Below are positions 48,435-57,932 of a stretch of 64,000 nt of DNA, one piece after another. Within the stretch, counting starts at the first letter, position 1, and every line of letters begins with the position of its first letter. This DNA comes from a virus: positions 61,234 through 125,233 of the IMG/VR virus record IMGVR_UViG_3300021185_003522; one strand, 5' to 3'. The position numbers were made by a program, and so were the translations under genes. The notes below the pieces were generated by a model that worked only from the letters and a program-made list of their open reading frames with translations, did no database searches and had not been told where the DNA came from.

Positions 48435-50000
48435 ATGGGATTAACTAGGCCTCGTGCCCACCAACTACAAGATATAGATTACAAGCAAACTGCCAGAGCA
48501 GTTACAGTTGCTAACGTTACGCTAAGTGGTGGTGCTCCTGCAGTTGTTGATGGAGTAAGCCTTGCACTAAGAGATAGAGTGCTAGTAACTGCACAAACCA
48601 CAGGCAGTGAAAACGGAATATATTATGTAACCACAGTAGGTGCAGGTTCAAACGGAACTTGGGCAAGAAGTTTAGATGCAGATGCAACTGGCGAGATAAA
48701 AGCCGGTACAATAATAATGATCACCGAAGGTACAACCTACGCTGATACACAGTGGAAGTTAACCACAGACGATCCGATTACAGTTGGTTCAACCACAATG
48801 ACATTTGTTCGAGCTGGCAATGCCGCATATGGTACGTTTGCAGTCTCAGGTCAAAACAGTATTGTAGCAGATCAAATTGGTGATACACTCACAATGGTTG
48901 CTGGTACTAATATTGCACTGACAACCAATGATAGCACTGATACACTAACAATTACACCAAGTTTAACTCCGGCACTTACAAGTTTGACTACTACAGGCAA
49001 TATAAGTGCTGGCAATATTTTATTATCTGATAGTAGTGAAATACAACTTGGATCAGACACTGATGCAAACATTAAACATACCGGAAGTGATCTAGTTATA
49101 AACGAAACAACTGGTGATATTGTTATTAGAACCTACGCAGACAACAAAGATGTATCAATTATGTCTGATGATGGTAGTGGAGGTGTTACAAATTATGTTG
49201 TTGCAGATGGTTCAACTGGTGCAGTGAAACTAAAGCATTACGGTACAAACGTTTTTGAGACAACAAGTACTGGTGCTTTAATTGAAAACACATCAACAAG
49301 CGATGCTCTACTGCTAACAACCACAGAAGATTCAAGCAGTGCTGGTCCAGTTATTACAATGAAACGTAATAGTGCATCACCTGCCGATGCAGATTACTTA
49401 GGACAATTAAAGTTTCAAGGTGAAAACGACGCTGACCAAGAAGTTGTGTATGCAAAAATTACAGGAAAAATACAAGACGCAAGTGATGGCTCAGAAGACG
49501 GACTAATAGAATTTGCTAACAGGAAAGCAGGTTCAAACAACATCAACATGCGACTAAGGTCTGATAGTTTACAACTGCTGAATGGTACTAACCTACAAAT
49601 AAGAGAACAACAAGACGCAAGATTTTATGATAGTGACAGTAGTAATTATATTGGATTCAAGGCTCCGTCAACAGTTACTAGTGATGTAGACTTTATTTTA
49701 CCAGTTGATGGATCAAGTGGACAGGTATTACAAACAAACGGAAGTGGAACATTATCATTTGTTGATCAATCTGGAGGTGGCGAAGGAGGATCATCATTTC
49801 CAAATTGTACTGTCACACCATTACCAAGTAGTGAAGGTAACTTTGATTTAGCAAAACAATTTGATCAAACAGGAAGTGCTGAAACACCGTTTGAATCTGG
49901 TGCAACGGATGCATTTGGAGTAAGCCTTGGACAAATATATACTATGATGGATCCTGTGGGATCAACATTATCGCCAACAGATTTAGGTGTATTAAGTTAA
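48435..50000 (+). CDS. Tail-fibre-like protein (521 aa)
   Basis: VDGVSLALRDRVLVTAQTTGSENGIY domain shared with 45239..48349; DGSSGQVLQTNGSGTLSF motif. Confidence 0.7.
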   Translation: MGLTRPRAHQLQDIDYKQTARAVTVANVTLSGGAPAVVDGVSLALRDRVLVTAQTTGSENGIYYVTTVGAGSNGTWARSLDADATGEIKAGTIIMITEGTTYADTQWKLTTDDPITVGSTTMTFVRAGNAAYGTFAVSGQNSIVADQIGDTLTMVAGTNIALTTNDSTDTLTITPSLTPALTSLTTTGNISAGNILLSDSSEIQLGSDTDANIKHTGSDLVINETTGDIVIRTYADNKDVSIMSDDGSGGVTNYVVADGSTGAVKLKHYGTNVFETTSTGALIENTSTSDALLLTTTEDSSSAGPVITMKRNSASPADADYLGQLKFQGENDADQEVVYAKITGKIQDASDGSEDGLIEFANRKAGSNNINMRLRSDSLQLLNGTNLQIREQQDARFYDSDSSNYIGFKAPSTVTSDVDFILPVDGSSGQVLQTNGSGTLSFVDQSGGGEGGSSFPNCTVTPLPSSEGNFDLAKQFDQTGSAETPFESGATDAFGVSLGQIYTMMDPVGSTLSPTDLGVLS

Positions 50001-50024
50001 TAAATACACTGCTAGGAGAATAAG

Positions 50025-50927
50025 ATGCCAACCGTACTACAATTTAGACGTGGAACAACCACACAGAACAACAGCTTCACTGGTACTGCTGGTGAGCTTA
50101 GTGTTGACACCACACTAGACACACTCAGAATACATGATGGTAGTACTGCTGGCGGCTTTGCATTGCTTAAAGAAACTGGTATAAGCAACCTTACACTTAA
50201 CGCACAAGCAGAAATAAGACTTGGAGACTCAGATAGTTCTAACTATGTAGGATTCAAGTCTCCAGGTACAGTTGCTTCAAATTTAATTTTTACATTGCCT
50301 AGTGCTGACGGTTCAAGCGGGCAGGCATTAGTAACAGACGCAAGTGGTAACTTGTCGTTTGCGGCAGCAGGTGCAACTGTGTCACAAGATAACAGTTCTA
50401 ATACTGCTTTCAATTTGTATTATGCCGCTACAACAAGTGGTGCTTTGACTGCTGTAAAATATGATGGTGGTACCCTTACCTTTAATCCAAGTAGTGAAAC
50501 CTTAGCATGTACAAATATTACAGGTTTGTCAAGCAGTGCAAAATATGCTGACTTGGCTGAACGTTACACTGCCGATGCAGATTATGAAGCAGGTACAGTA
50601 GTTGAGCTTGGCGGAACTGAAGAAGTTACACAAACCAAAAGACATCGAAGTGTAGCAATTGCTGGCGTAGTATCAACTGATCCGGCCTATTTAATGAACA
50701 GTGGTCTGGAAAATGGTGTAAGTATTGCACTACTAGGAAGAGTACCTTGTAAAGTTGTAGGAATTATCAACAAAGGCGATATATTAGTAAGCAGTTCAAC
50801 ACCAGGACATGCAGAAGCACATAGAGATCTACACAATCCACCTTCTGGAAGTGCAATCGGCAAAGCAATAGAAAACAAAACTGACCAAGGTCCGGGAATT
50901 ATAGAAATACTTGTAGGACGTATGTAA
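50025..50927 (+). CDS. Fibre protein with an Mtd-N-like N-terminus and an ADLAE...GRVP C-terminal domain
   Basis: LQFRRGTTTQN..FTG..GELSVDT....LRIHDGST.GG; late promoter AATAAATA at 49999-50006. Confidence 0.7.
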   Translation: MPTVLQFRRGTTTQNNSFTGTAGELSVDTTLDTLRIHDGSTAGGFALLKETGISNLTLNAQAEIRLGDSDSSNYVGFKSPGTVASNLIFTLPSADGSSGQALVTDASGNLSFAAAGATVSQDNSSNTAFNLYYAATTSGALTAVKYDGGTLTFNPSSETLACTNITGLSSSAKYADLAERYTADADYEAGTVVELGGTEEVTQTKRHRSVAIAGVVSTDPAYLMNSGLENGVSIALLGRVPCKVVGIINKGDILVSSSTPGHAEAHRDLHNPPSGSAIGKAIENKTDQGPGIIEILVGRM

Positions 50928-51616
50928 TGTCCGAAAGATATCGTACAGAATACGATGGCGAATTTGTAATTGTTTCAAATATTGTTAAAGAGGGTAAGAA
51001 ACTACAAGAGCGTGAATGGATAGAAAATCCAATTAAAAACCAACATATCAGTGGTCGAGCAGCAGTGATTGGCCACGGGCAAAGTAGATACAATACAAAA
51101 TTTAATGGAAAACTAGATTTAGAAACAAAAATTGAACAACATTCTGGATGGCATCTTGGACGCAAACGATTACAGAGTTATGGTGCCGAAGGATGTTGGA
51201 GAGAGATGCAGTGTGATTTCTACGTAGAGTTTGATCCAGAAAAATTATTAGAAATTAAAGAAGCCGACTACAGTCGTAAATCATCAGTCTATACAAATGC
51301 AAGAAATTGTATTGATACTCCTGGCGAATTTTATTTGGTTCCTTATGGACAACGTGGAGCAAGTATAGAGATAGCGGCCTGGCTAGCATGTTTTGATGGC
51401 CATAGGGAAGTATTTTTACTCGGAGTAGACGCAACAAACCAAGACCAGTCAATAAACGAAAAACGCATCAAAGGACTAAATGCAATAATAACAATGTACA
51501 AAAATGTACAATTTATTCATGTAACTGATAATTCATCACCACCTGATGTTTGGCAAGATAATCCAAATTTTGTAACTTGGAAATATGCTCAGTTTATTTC
51601 GTATTGTGATATCTGA
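50927..51616 (+). CDS. Second Maf/Cst-II-like putative glycosyltransferase
   Basis: [14 protein letters not shown] and [19 protein letters not shown]; paralog of 38397..38984. Confidence 0.55.
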   Translation: MSERYRTEYDGEFVIVSNIVKEGKKLQEREWIENPIKNQHISGRAAVIGHGQSRYNTKFNGKLDLETKIEQHSGWHLGRKRLQSYGAEGCWREMQCDFYVEFDPEKLLEIKEADYSRKSSVYTNARNCIDTPGEFYLVPYGQRGASIEIAAWLACFDGHREVFLLGVDATNQDQSINEKRIKGLNAIITMYKNVQFIHVTDNSSPPDVWQDNPNFVTWKYAQFISYCDI

Positions 51617-52026
51617 AACTTTTTTATTGTTTCTATTTTTTTCAAAATTTCTTGAAAGTTGATTGTTGTCCATAAGCCCGGGTGTAACGGCTTTGGCCAC
51701 ACGCCAGATTTTATCCAGCTATAACCATAGTGTTCGTTGTTGAGAATTGGTACAAATTCATTATTAACTAAACAAAAAAAAGTATGATAACTAAAATGAT
51801 TATCAATGCTTGTAAATTTTTCAATAGGCACTAATTTAATTACTTCTGGCCATAGTCCAATTTCTTCATGACATTCTCTTTGCAGAGCTTCATTTAAATT
51901 TTCCCCAAAGTCGACCTTACCACCCGGTAAGCCCCAACATCCTGGATTTTTTGAATCATTTCTCAGTAGATACAAATAACGATCTGTGGTGATACTGTAG
52001 AACCAAACTCCAACTGCAGATATCAA
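51589..52026 (-). CDS. Nudix hydrolase
   Basis: Nudix box [23 protein letters not shown]; NNEHYGYSW. Confidence 0.9.
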   Translation of the reverse strand: MISAVGVWFYSITTDRYLYLLRNDSKNPGCWGLPGGKVDFGENLNEALQRECHEEIGLWPEVIKLVPIEKFTSIDNHFSYHTFFCLVNNEFVPILNNEHYGYSWIKSGVWPKPLHPGLWTTINFQEILKKIETIKKFQISQYEIN

Positions 52027-53426
52027 AGTACTAGACTCCAGTTACCTTCTGTGTATAAACCTTCATAGCTCTTTAACCATTCACCTGCTGCCCATCTGTA
52101 TTGAACACTAGTAGTAAGATTGCTAACATATTGTACATTGCTTTCATTGCTAGAATCAAATGCAATGTTCCACCTTGTACCATCATATTCTACTATATCG
52201 TTTGTATTTGCTACAAGTGCTGAACCGTCAGTGCCTCTCCATGCTTGTGCAAATCCTGGATCTTCTGTACTAGCACTACCTGTATCGTTAATAAACAAAT
52301 ATCTTTGTCCAGCGGCAGAGGCGGGTAAGCCGTTTATAGTGCCAGGGCCTTTTGCTTGTGGATCAACAATCGCATTGACTGCATCAAGTGTGTTAGCAGG
52401 AATAGTATCAGCATCCACTGTAAAAAGTAGAAATCTATCATCAGTTGGATCATATGAGACTGTTCCAACTATTATGCTTGTATCATATGGATTGTCTAGT
52501 CTAATTTGACTGATACCGTTGCGTAGGGCTCCGTATAAATCTACTACAGTGTGCCATAATAAGTTACTAGGAGGTGCAGTTGGAACCTGTACACCTGAAT
52601 TGTTTGTAACCACAGCTTTGGTTTCTAAAACTTGTAGTTTGTTGCCAATTAGTAAGGTTTGATAATTGAAAGGAGTAAACAATTGCCTAGTGCCTAATAG
52701 TAAATCACTATCAAAAATAGCTTCTGCCATATCACCGTTTCCGTCAAATACACTTGCAACTATTTTTTCTACCACACCAAGTTTTTTAACCTTTGCTGGC
52801 GGCGAAATATATATTGGCATTACAAATCTTAGTGTAGCAATGTCAATAGGATCGTCTGTTCCCTGAGGTATAGAACGTGAACTCCATGTAACCTGTTCTA
52901 AGTACATAACACTTAAACTGGTCCAGTCTATAAAGTTTTCTGTGCTTTGTATTTCTAAACTTGGGTTGAACAATGTTAATAGTTGCTCAAGTAATTGTAA
53001 TTTTTGATTGGTATTTGATGTCCATATGTCTAAGTTAACTTCTAAATCAAATGGAACAGGCATCATTTTTTCAATTGTAAATGCATTGCCTTGTGTGGTT
53101 TCGTAGGATTCGCTTTCGGTATCCCAATAACGTTGTCTAACATTTTGCTTTTGTACAAAATAAGGTTCTTGTATTCTATCACGTGCATAATTTAAATTTG
53201 TTACATGAAATGTCATCAGTGGTGTTGCTGGCAAACTGTTTGCACTGTTTTGTTGTATAATTGTTTGTGCTTGTCTTGTGGCGTCACCATAACGTACTGG
53301 CACTCTATACAATGCTTTTTGTGAATTGTCTTCTGTTCTGCCGTATTCTACTTGAAAATTTGAGAATACTCTAGTAAACTGCAACAAGAATCTGCGTATC
53401 TGTTCATCATAAAAAAATTGTTGCAT
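52023..53426 (-). CDS. gp15: Tail terminator / sheath stabiliser (gp15-like) with a C-terminal extension
   Basis: [34 protein letters not shown] and [13 protein letters not shown]. Confidence 0.85.
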   Translation of the reverse strand: MQQFFYDEQIRRFLLQFTRVFSNFQVEYGRTEDNSQKALYRVPVRYGDATRQAQTIIQQNSANSLPATPLMTFHVTNLNYARDRIQEPYFVQKQNVRQRYWDTESESYETTQGNAFTIEKMMPVPFDLEVNLDIWTSNTNQKLQLLEQLLTLFNPSLEIQSTENFIDWTSLSVMYLEQVTWSSRSIPQGTDDPIDIATLRFVMPIYISPPAKVKKLGVVEKIVASVFDGNGDMAEAIFDSDLLLGTRQLFTPFNYQTLLIGNKLQVLETKAVVTNNSGVQVPTAPPSNLLWHTVVDLYGALRNGISQIRLDNPYDTSIIVGTVSYDPTDDRFLLFTVDADTIPANTLDAVNAIVDPQAKGPGTINGLPASAAGQRYLFINDTGSASTEDPGFAQAWRGTDGSALVANTNDIVEYDGTRWNIAFDSSNESNVQYVSNLTTSVQYRWAAGEWLKSYEGLYTEGNWSLVL

Positions 53427-54784
53427 TAATTATCAGCCTGCGGTTTAAGTATCTTACTAAGCGGCTGTCTCTCATCGATCTGGCCACGATCTTCTGTGTT
53501 GGTTTTATTAGTATTGTTTACAAAACTACTACGTTGTGTCTGTGAATCAACGTTACCATAATTTGCAACTGCTTTTTCTTTATCACCTGGTGTCAAATTA
53601 GTCCTCACATCGTCTTCGTACTTAACCCATCGCGAGCCGCTGTAGCGAAAAAGTCTATTTGGGTAATAGTCTAATCTCAGTGCAAAGTCACCTTCTTGTG
53701 CGCCTTGTGGGAAACTTGTGCCTGGTGTAACCGGCAAACCGTTTGGGGCGATGCCATCGCCAGTTAGATATCCTAGTGTGTAACCATTTGCTCTTGGACT
53801 TTGTGGTTGCCCATCAACATCAACGTTAGTTGTGTCGACTGTTATTCCTGTGTTGTCAACGGTATAACTGTTTGGATCTGCCGGTTTTCCATCTTCGTTG
53901 GTTGGTACAATGTAAAATTTTACACTATCATAACCACTATAAGGTACTTCATATTCTGCTTGTGTAAGAATAGCATCGTTTATTTCTCTATCCTTAACCA
54001 CAGTAGCAAAGGTTTCTTGTTCCGTTAGAGGTGTAAATTCTTCCCACTTGGTGGTATCAGTAATTTCAACACCAGGGTCTACATCATCTATAGCCTTGTA
54101 GTATGTGTCTCCACTTAATACTATACTGCCTTTTGGATAGTAGTTTCCATTGTCCCAAATGTTTTTCTCTTCAAACGGCTTTTTAAGTATGTCATAATAC
54201 TCTTGAGCACTTACAAGTGGTGTTGCTTTTACACGCCACAAGTGCGGTAACCAAGTTTGTGAAAATCCTTCACTGGCAAAAGCCGCATCTTGTATTACGT
54301 AGTATTTTGGTATAGCACGTGCAATGCCACTGTCCAATGGATTGTAATCTTTTAGGTTTGGAAGCTCTAATACATCACCACTCATAAGTTTACGACCAAG
54401 TGTGTCAATCATAAAGTTATAGTGAAACGTAATAAAAAGTGTATCGTTGTTTAGGAACAAACCAAATTGGCTTAGGTCAAAATCTATGTCTTGTGCATTG
54501 TATACACCACGCATTTGGTATACATCATCGTCATACTTGCGATCTCTGTTTTCTAATAGAAATAAATCTTCAATAAACAGTGGAGACTCGCTGGAATAAG
54601 CAGGCTGTGTGGCATCTTGTGTACCGCCGCTTACACTTGAGCTATCATCACCATGTGGTGTTGGTCCGAGATATTTGTGAATAAACATATCAACACCGCC
54701 AACCTGGTACATTTCCATAACAGTGCGGTCAATAAATTTGTAATCGTTTTGTCGATTAGGGCGATATAAACTAAGTCTAGGCAT
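53426..54784 (-). CDS. gp14: Neck protein (gp14-like)
   Basis: DLFLLENRDRKY, DLSQFGLFL and GRKLMSGDVLELP; adjacent to gp15. Confidence 0.8.
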   Translation of the reverse strand: MPRLSLYRPNRQNDYKFIDRTVMEMYQVGGVDMFIHKYLGPTPHGDDSSSVSGGTQDATQPAYSSESPLFIEDLFLLENRDRKYDDDVYQMRGVYNAQDIDFDLSQFGLFLNNDTLFITFHYNFMIDTLGRKLMSGDVLELPNLKDYNPLDSGIARAIPKYYVIQDAAFASEGFSQTWLPHLWRVKATPLVSAQEYYDILKKPFEEKNIWDNGNYYPKGSIVLSGDTYYKAIDDVDPGVEITDTTKWEEFTPLTEQETFATVVKDREINDAILTQAEYEVPYSGYDSVKFYIVPTNEDGKPADPNSYTVDNTGITVDTTNVDVDGQPQSPRANGYTLGYLTGDGIAPNGLPVTPGTSFPQGAQEGDFALRLDYYPNRLFRYSGSRWVKYEDDVRTNLTPGDKEKAVANYGNVDSQTQRSSFVNNTNKTNTEDRGQIDERQPLSKILKPQADN

Positions 54785-54803
54785 ACAGTATTCCTTCTTA
54801 CTG

Positions 54804-54811
54804 TATTTATG
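54804..54811 (-). promoter_or_regulatory. Late promoter CATAAATA for gp14-gp15-Nudix
   Basis: Consensus match with SD AAGGA downstream. Confidence 0.75.
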
Positions 54812-54814
54812 GAC

Positions 54815-55114
54815 TTAGATAGCGACCTTAACTGGATCGTTGCCAGTGATAACTGTCATCTTCTTACAAATACCACTTACATCTTCTAGTGTTAAAAAGC
54901 CTTTTACAGTATCGCCCTGTGCGGTTATTCCTGGAAGTTCGACACCGTGACCACTATTATCACTTACCATGATTTCAAACAAGCCTTGCTTACCACCATA
55001 ACTTCCTTCGTGCTTTACAATGCTCAGATTGTACTTTTTATAATCAAGTACAAGTTGGATGCCTTTATGGTATTTGCTTACATCAAACTGCAAACCTAAT
55101 AATGATTCATTCAT
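54815..55114 (-). CDS. Small early hypothetical protein
   Basis: LSIVKHEGSYGGKQGLFEIMV...VKGFLT pattern typical of phage early proteins; overlaps the upstream gene. Confidence 0.7.
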   Translation of the reverse strand: MNESLLGLQFDVSKYHKGIQLVLDYKKYNLSIVKHEGSYGGKQGLFEIMVSDNSGHGVELPGITAQGDTVKGFLTLEDVSGICKKMTVITGNDPVKVAI

Positions 55115-55323
55115 TGTTTTGCCTTCATGGTTTCTAATTTGGTAATAAATTGCATCATGTTTGCAATCATTTTATCACTTGCAGTTTGTTGTTCGATGCC
55201 AGCAGGTATACACACTGCTTCTATATCGACACTTTTAAGTGCATCTACTGCGGTAAGACATGTTGTCTTATCTGCATAAGTCATTGGATTGGCCAACACC
55301 ATTGTGACTAACATAAATTTCAT
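55111..55323 (-). CDS. Small hypothetical protein (hydrophobic N-terminus, two Cys)
   Basis: SD GGAGG; ATGA overlaps with its neighbours. Confidence 0.65.
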   Translation of the reverse strand: MKFMLVTMVLANPMTYADKTTCLTAVDALKSVDIEAVCIPAGIEQQTASDKMIANMMQFITKLETMKAKQ

Positions 55324-55484
55324 TTTTCAGTTCCTCCGTTTAAAAAACAGTTCATTCTACGTAGCAGATACATTGCATTCTGAGTCCAATATTCTCTACC
55401 CCATGTGCCATCAGCACAAAATTCTGCGGCTTGCCAGCAGTTGTCTATACGACGTTCGTATAGTTCTATTTTTTTATGATCCAT
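55320..55484 (-). CDS. Small early hypothetical protein (54 aa, not in the ORF track)
   Basis: Hand translation gives MDHKKIELYERRIDNCWQAAEFCADGTWGREYWTQNAMYLLRRMNCFLNGGTEK; SD GGAG; fills the gap exactly. Confidence 0.65.
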   Translation of the reverse strand: MDHKKIELYERRIDNCWQAAEFCADGTWGREYWTQNAMYLLRRMNCFLNGGTEK

Positions 55485-55698
55485 ATTTTAACTCCATTTC
55501 ATCCTTGTAACACTCAACAAAGTTGTAGATAGTTTTTACTAGTTTGATATTATTAACTGAAGCACTTGCTTGAGTATAGTCCATCATAGTAAGTAACTCT
55601 GCTTCTGCACTACTAACACTATCGTGCTTGCCAGTTTCATATTCTACATTAACACTATCTTCTTTTACTATTCCAGTAATTTGTATTTTCTTCTTCAT
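55474..55698 (-). CDS. Small early hypothetical protein (74 aa)
   Basis: Start revised to the ATG at 55698 (SD AAGGA), downstream of a sigma70 promoter. Confidence 0.65.
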   Translation of the reverse strand: MKKKIQITGIVKEDSVNVEYETGKHDSVSSAEAELLTMMDYTQASASVNNIKLVKTIYNFVECYKDEMELKYGS

Positions 55699-55729
55699 AT
55701 ACTGTTCCTTTTTTTCTAACTGTATATAC

Positions 55730-55757
55730 ATAATAACACAGTTAGAGTATAAGTCAA
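55730..55757 (-). promoter_or_regulatory. Early sigma70-type promoter TTGACT-16-(TG)TATTAT
   Basis: Extended -10; divergent partner of the promoter at 55802. Confidence 0.65.
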
Positions 55758-55801
55758 CCTTTTTATTTGAAAAGAATAACAAAAGTCTTGCAACTTTTTG
55801 G

Positions 55802-55829
55802 TTGACACACACTATATACATGTTATACT
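55802..55829 (+). promoter_or_regulatory. Early sigma70-type promoter TTGACA-16-(TG)TATACT
   Basis: Perfect -35 and extended -10. Confidence 0.75.
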
Positions 55830-55859
55830 CTTTGTAACAGTTAGATATAGGAGCGGAAT

Positions 55860-57122
55860 ATGGCAAAAGGCAAAAACTTATTAAAGCCAGGCACTCGTAA
55901 GAAAAAGCCAGTAATTAGAAAGCAACGCAGTAAAGCACAAGACCCTGATTGGTCAACGGCATTGCAAATGAGCGGACAAGCCTATCATAAACACAAGATG
56001 GTTTCAGTTGATTGGTATTACCAAGAACGTAAACCTATAGAACTGTTTCCTGATTTACTTGCATGGATGAAAGAAAATCAGTATAGCAAAGACGATATTG
56101 CTACTATGAAACGTCATGGACACAACGGAATGGTGTATGCAAGTATCTATGCAAGGTGTTTGAGACAAGGAATGCCGGATATACATCCTGAACACAATGC
56201 ACACTGGCAAACACTAGCAGGCACTGTTGGCGATGTACAACCAACCACAGATTATGTGAAGAAGAGTGTCAAAGAAGCAATGGCAAGAACTATGCCAGCA
56301 CCAAAGTTAGTAGTGGATAACACAAAGCCAGCAGTTGCACGTAAGACTATACAGGAAAACATGCGTGATAAGACCATGGATATCGAAGGTGCAGTGCATG
56401 AACTAGTTGATCAGTTTATGGCAAACGACTGTAAGGACCCTGACAAGTACAGTCTTATGAAATTGCTACGTGATGAAGGATGTCCTCCACAAACAATAGA
56501 TATTATTGCTGATCCACTTAAGGCACAACTAAGTGAGATAAATGAGTTGATGAATCCGCCTAGTAAAAAAGAACAGGCTAAAATGTCAGAACAAGAACTT
56601 GATATGATAGCACAACTTGAAGAAGGATATAGCTACTTAGGCAAACTACAGATACGTGCAATGCAAAAGTTTCTTGAACGTGCAGTTGCTGAGTGTGCAA
56701 GTTATGTCCAGGTTAAGAAAGCAGACAGGGCGCCACGTGTAGCAAAACAAAAGACACCTGCACAGTTAGTTCGTAAGTTTAAGTATCTAAAGAAGTTTGA
56801 AGAACTGGGACTTGTGAGTGTTAGTGCAGAGAAGATGGTGCATGGTACAGAAGCCTGGCTTTATAATACAAAAACACGTAAGTTGATCTATATAGTTGCT
56901 GATGAAACTATAAAAACATACAGCATAAAGAGTAACAGTGTAATTGGTTTTGATCCAAACAAAAGTGTACAAAAAACACTGCGTAAACCTGTAGAACAAA
57001 TTAAAGAACTAATGAAAGGCGGCAAGCCTAACAATAGAAAACAGTTCGCCGGGATTAAAGCAACTGAAATAAAGTATAACGGTCGCGGCAATGAACACGT
57101 AGTAATACTCAAGGCTTGGTAA
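55860..57122 (+). CDS. Early hypothetical protein (420 aa, basic termini)
   Basis: Long ORF with SD AGGAG; no motif recognised with confidence. Confidence 0.8.
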   Translation: MAKGKNLLKPGTRKKKPVIRKQRSKAQDPDWSTALQMSGQAYHKHKMVSVDWYYQERKPIELFPDLLAWMKENQYSKDDIATMKRHGHNGMVYASIYARCLRQGMPDIHPEHNAHWQTLAGTVGDVQPTTDYVKKSVKEAMARTMPAPKLVVDNTKPAVARKTIQENMRDKTMDIEGAVHELVDQFMANDCKDPDKYSLMKLLRDEGCPPQTIDIIADPLKAQLSEINELMNPPSKKEQAKMSEQELDMIAQLEEGYSYLGKLQIRAMQKFLERAVAECASYVQVKKADRAPRVAKQKTPAQLVRKFKYLKKFEELGLVSVSAEKMVHGTEAWLYNTKTRKLIYIVADETIKTYSIKSNSVIGFDPNKSVQKTLRKPVEQIKELMKGGKPNNRKQFAGIKATEIKYNGRGNEHVVILKAW

Positions 57123-57126
57123 TTTA

Positions 57127-57134
57127 CATAAATA
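57127..57134 (+). promoter_or_regulatory. Late promoter CATAAATA for gp13
   Basis: Consensus match with SD AGGA downstream. Confidence 0.75.
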
Positions 57135-57152
57135 CTGTCATAGGATGGTATT

Positions 57153-57932
57153 ATGGCAGAAGCACAACAAACACTTGATCAAACATTAGAAACTAAGAAG
57201 CAAGAAACATTTGACTACGTTAAGTTGCAGTTAGGCGAAGGCATAATTGACACTGAACTTGATGCTAGTCATTATGAGGCAGCTTACCAAAGAACAATTG
57301 GTACTTATAGACAACGTGCAGAAAATGCTTTTGAAGAAAGCTATAACTTTCTAACTCTTGGCGATGGCAATAACATCTATACCTTGCCCAGAGAGATTAA
57401 AACTGTAAGACAAGTTTTTCGACGTACAATTGGCTTTAGCAACGGCGGAGAAGGACAAGCATTTGAACCTTTTAGTGCTGCCGCCTTAAACACATATCTT
57501 CTAAACGGAAATCAAATGGGCGGACTTGCGACATACGATTTCTATTCACAGTATGTAGAACTTACTGCTAAGATGTTTGGCGGATTTTTAAATTATAATT
57601 ACAATAGTGCAACCAATCAATTGACATTGATGCGTGATATTAAAGGCGAAGGGGAGACTGTCCTACTTTGGTGCTACAACTTACGTCCAGAAGTACAACT
57701 ACTCACAGACTTTTCTACAATGCAATGGATAAGAGATTATATGGTTGGTAACTGTAAACTGATTATTGGAGAAGCTAGAGAAAAGTTCGCAACAATTGCT
57801 GGACCACAAGGCGGAACTGCACTTAACGGTGCACAGATGAAAGCAGAAGGTAATGCTATCATGGATGCCAAAATTGAAGAACTTAAACTCTATGTTGACG
57901 GATCTCAACCATTAATGTGGGTAATTGGCTAA
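57153..57932 (+). CDS. gp13: Neck protein (gp13-like)
   Basis: YVKLQLGEGIIDTEL and WIRDY....K.IIGEAREKF.TIAGPQGGTALNG..MKAEG. Confidence 0.88.
   Translation: MAEAQQTLDQTLETKKQETFDYVKLQLGEGIIDTELDASHYEAAYQRTIGTYRQRAENAFEESYNFLTLGDGNNIYTLPREIKTVRQVFRRTIGFSNGGEGQAFEPFSAAALNTYLLNGNQMGGLATYDFYSQYVELTAKMFGGFLNYNYNSATNQLTLMRDIKGEGETVLLWCYNLRPEVQLLTDFSTMQWIRDYMVGNCKLIIGEAREKFATIAGPQGGTALNGAQMKAEGNAIMDAKIEELKLYVDGSQPLMWVIG

Larger units (their letters stand above)
47725..50510 (+). repeat. Dispersed near-identical fibre module (about 47725-47945 and 50288-50510)
   Basis: FTLP.ADGSSGQAL.TD.SG.LSF.AAGATVSQDNSSNTAFNLY.A.TTSGALT.VKYDGGTLTFNPSSETLA occurs in two genes. Confidence 0.85.

Noticed and set aside
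50025-50927. Mtd-like N-terminus plus repeated fibre segments suggesting a diversity-generating retroelement
   Set aside because: No reverse transcriptase in the window. The repeats are both coding and differ at mixed synonymous positions, not specifically at adenines.
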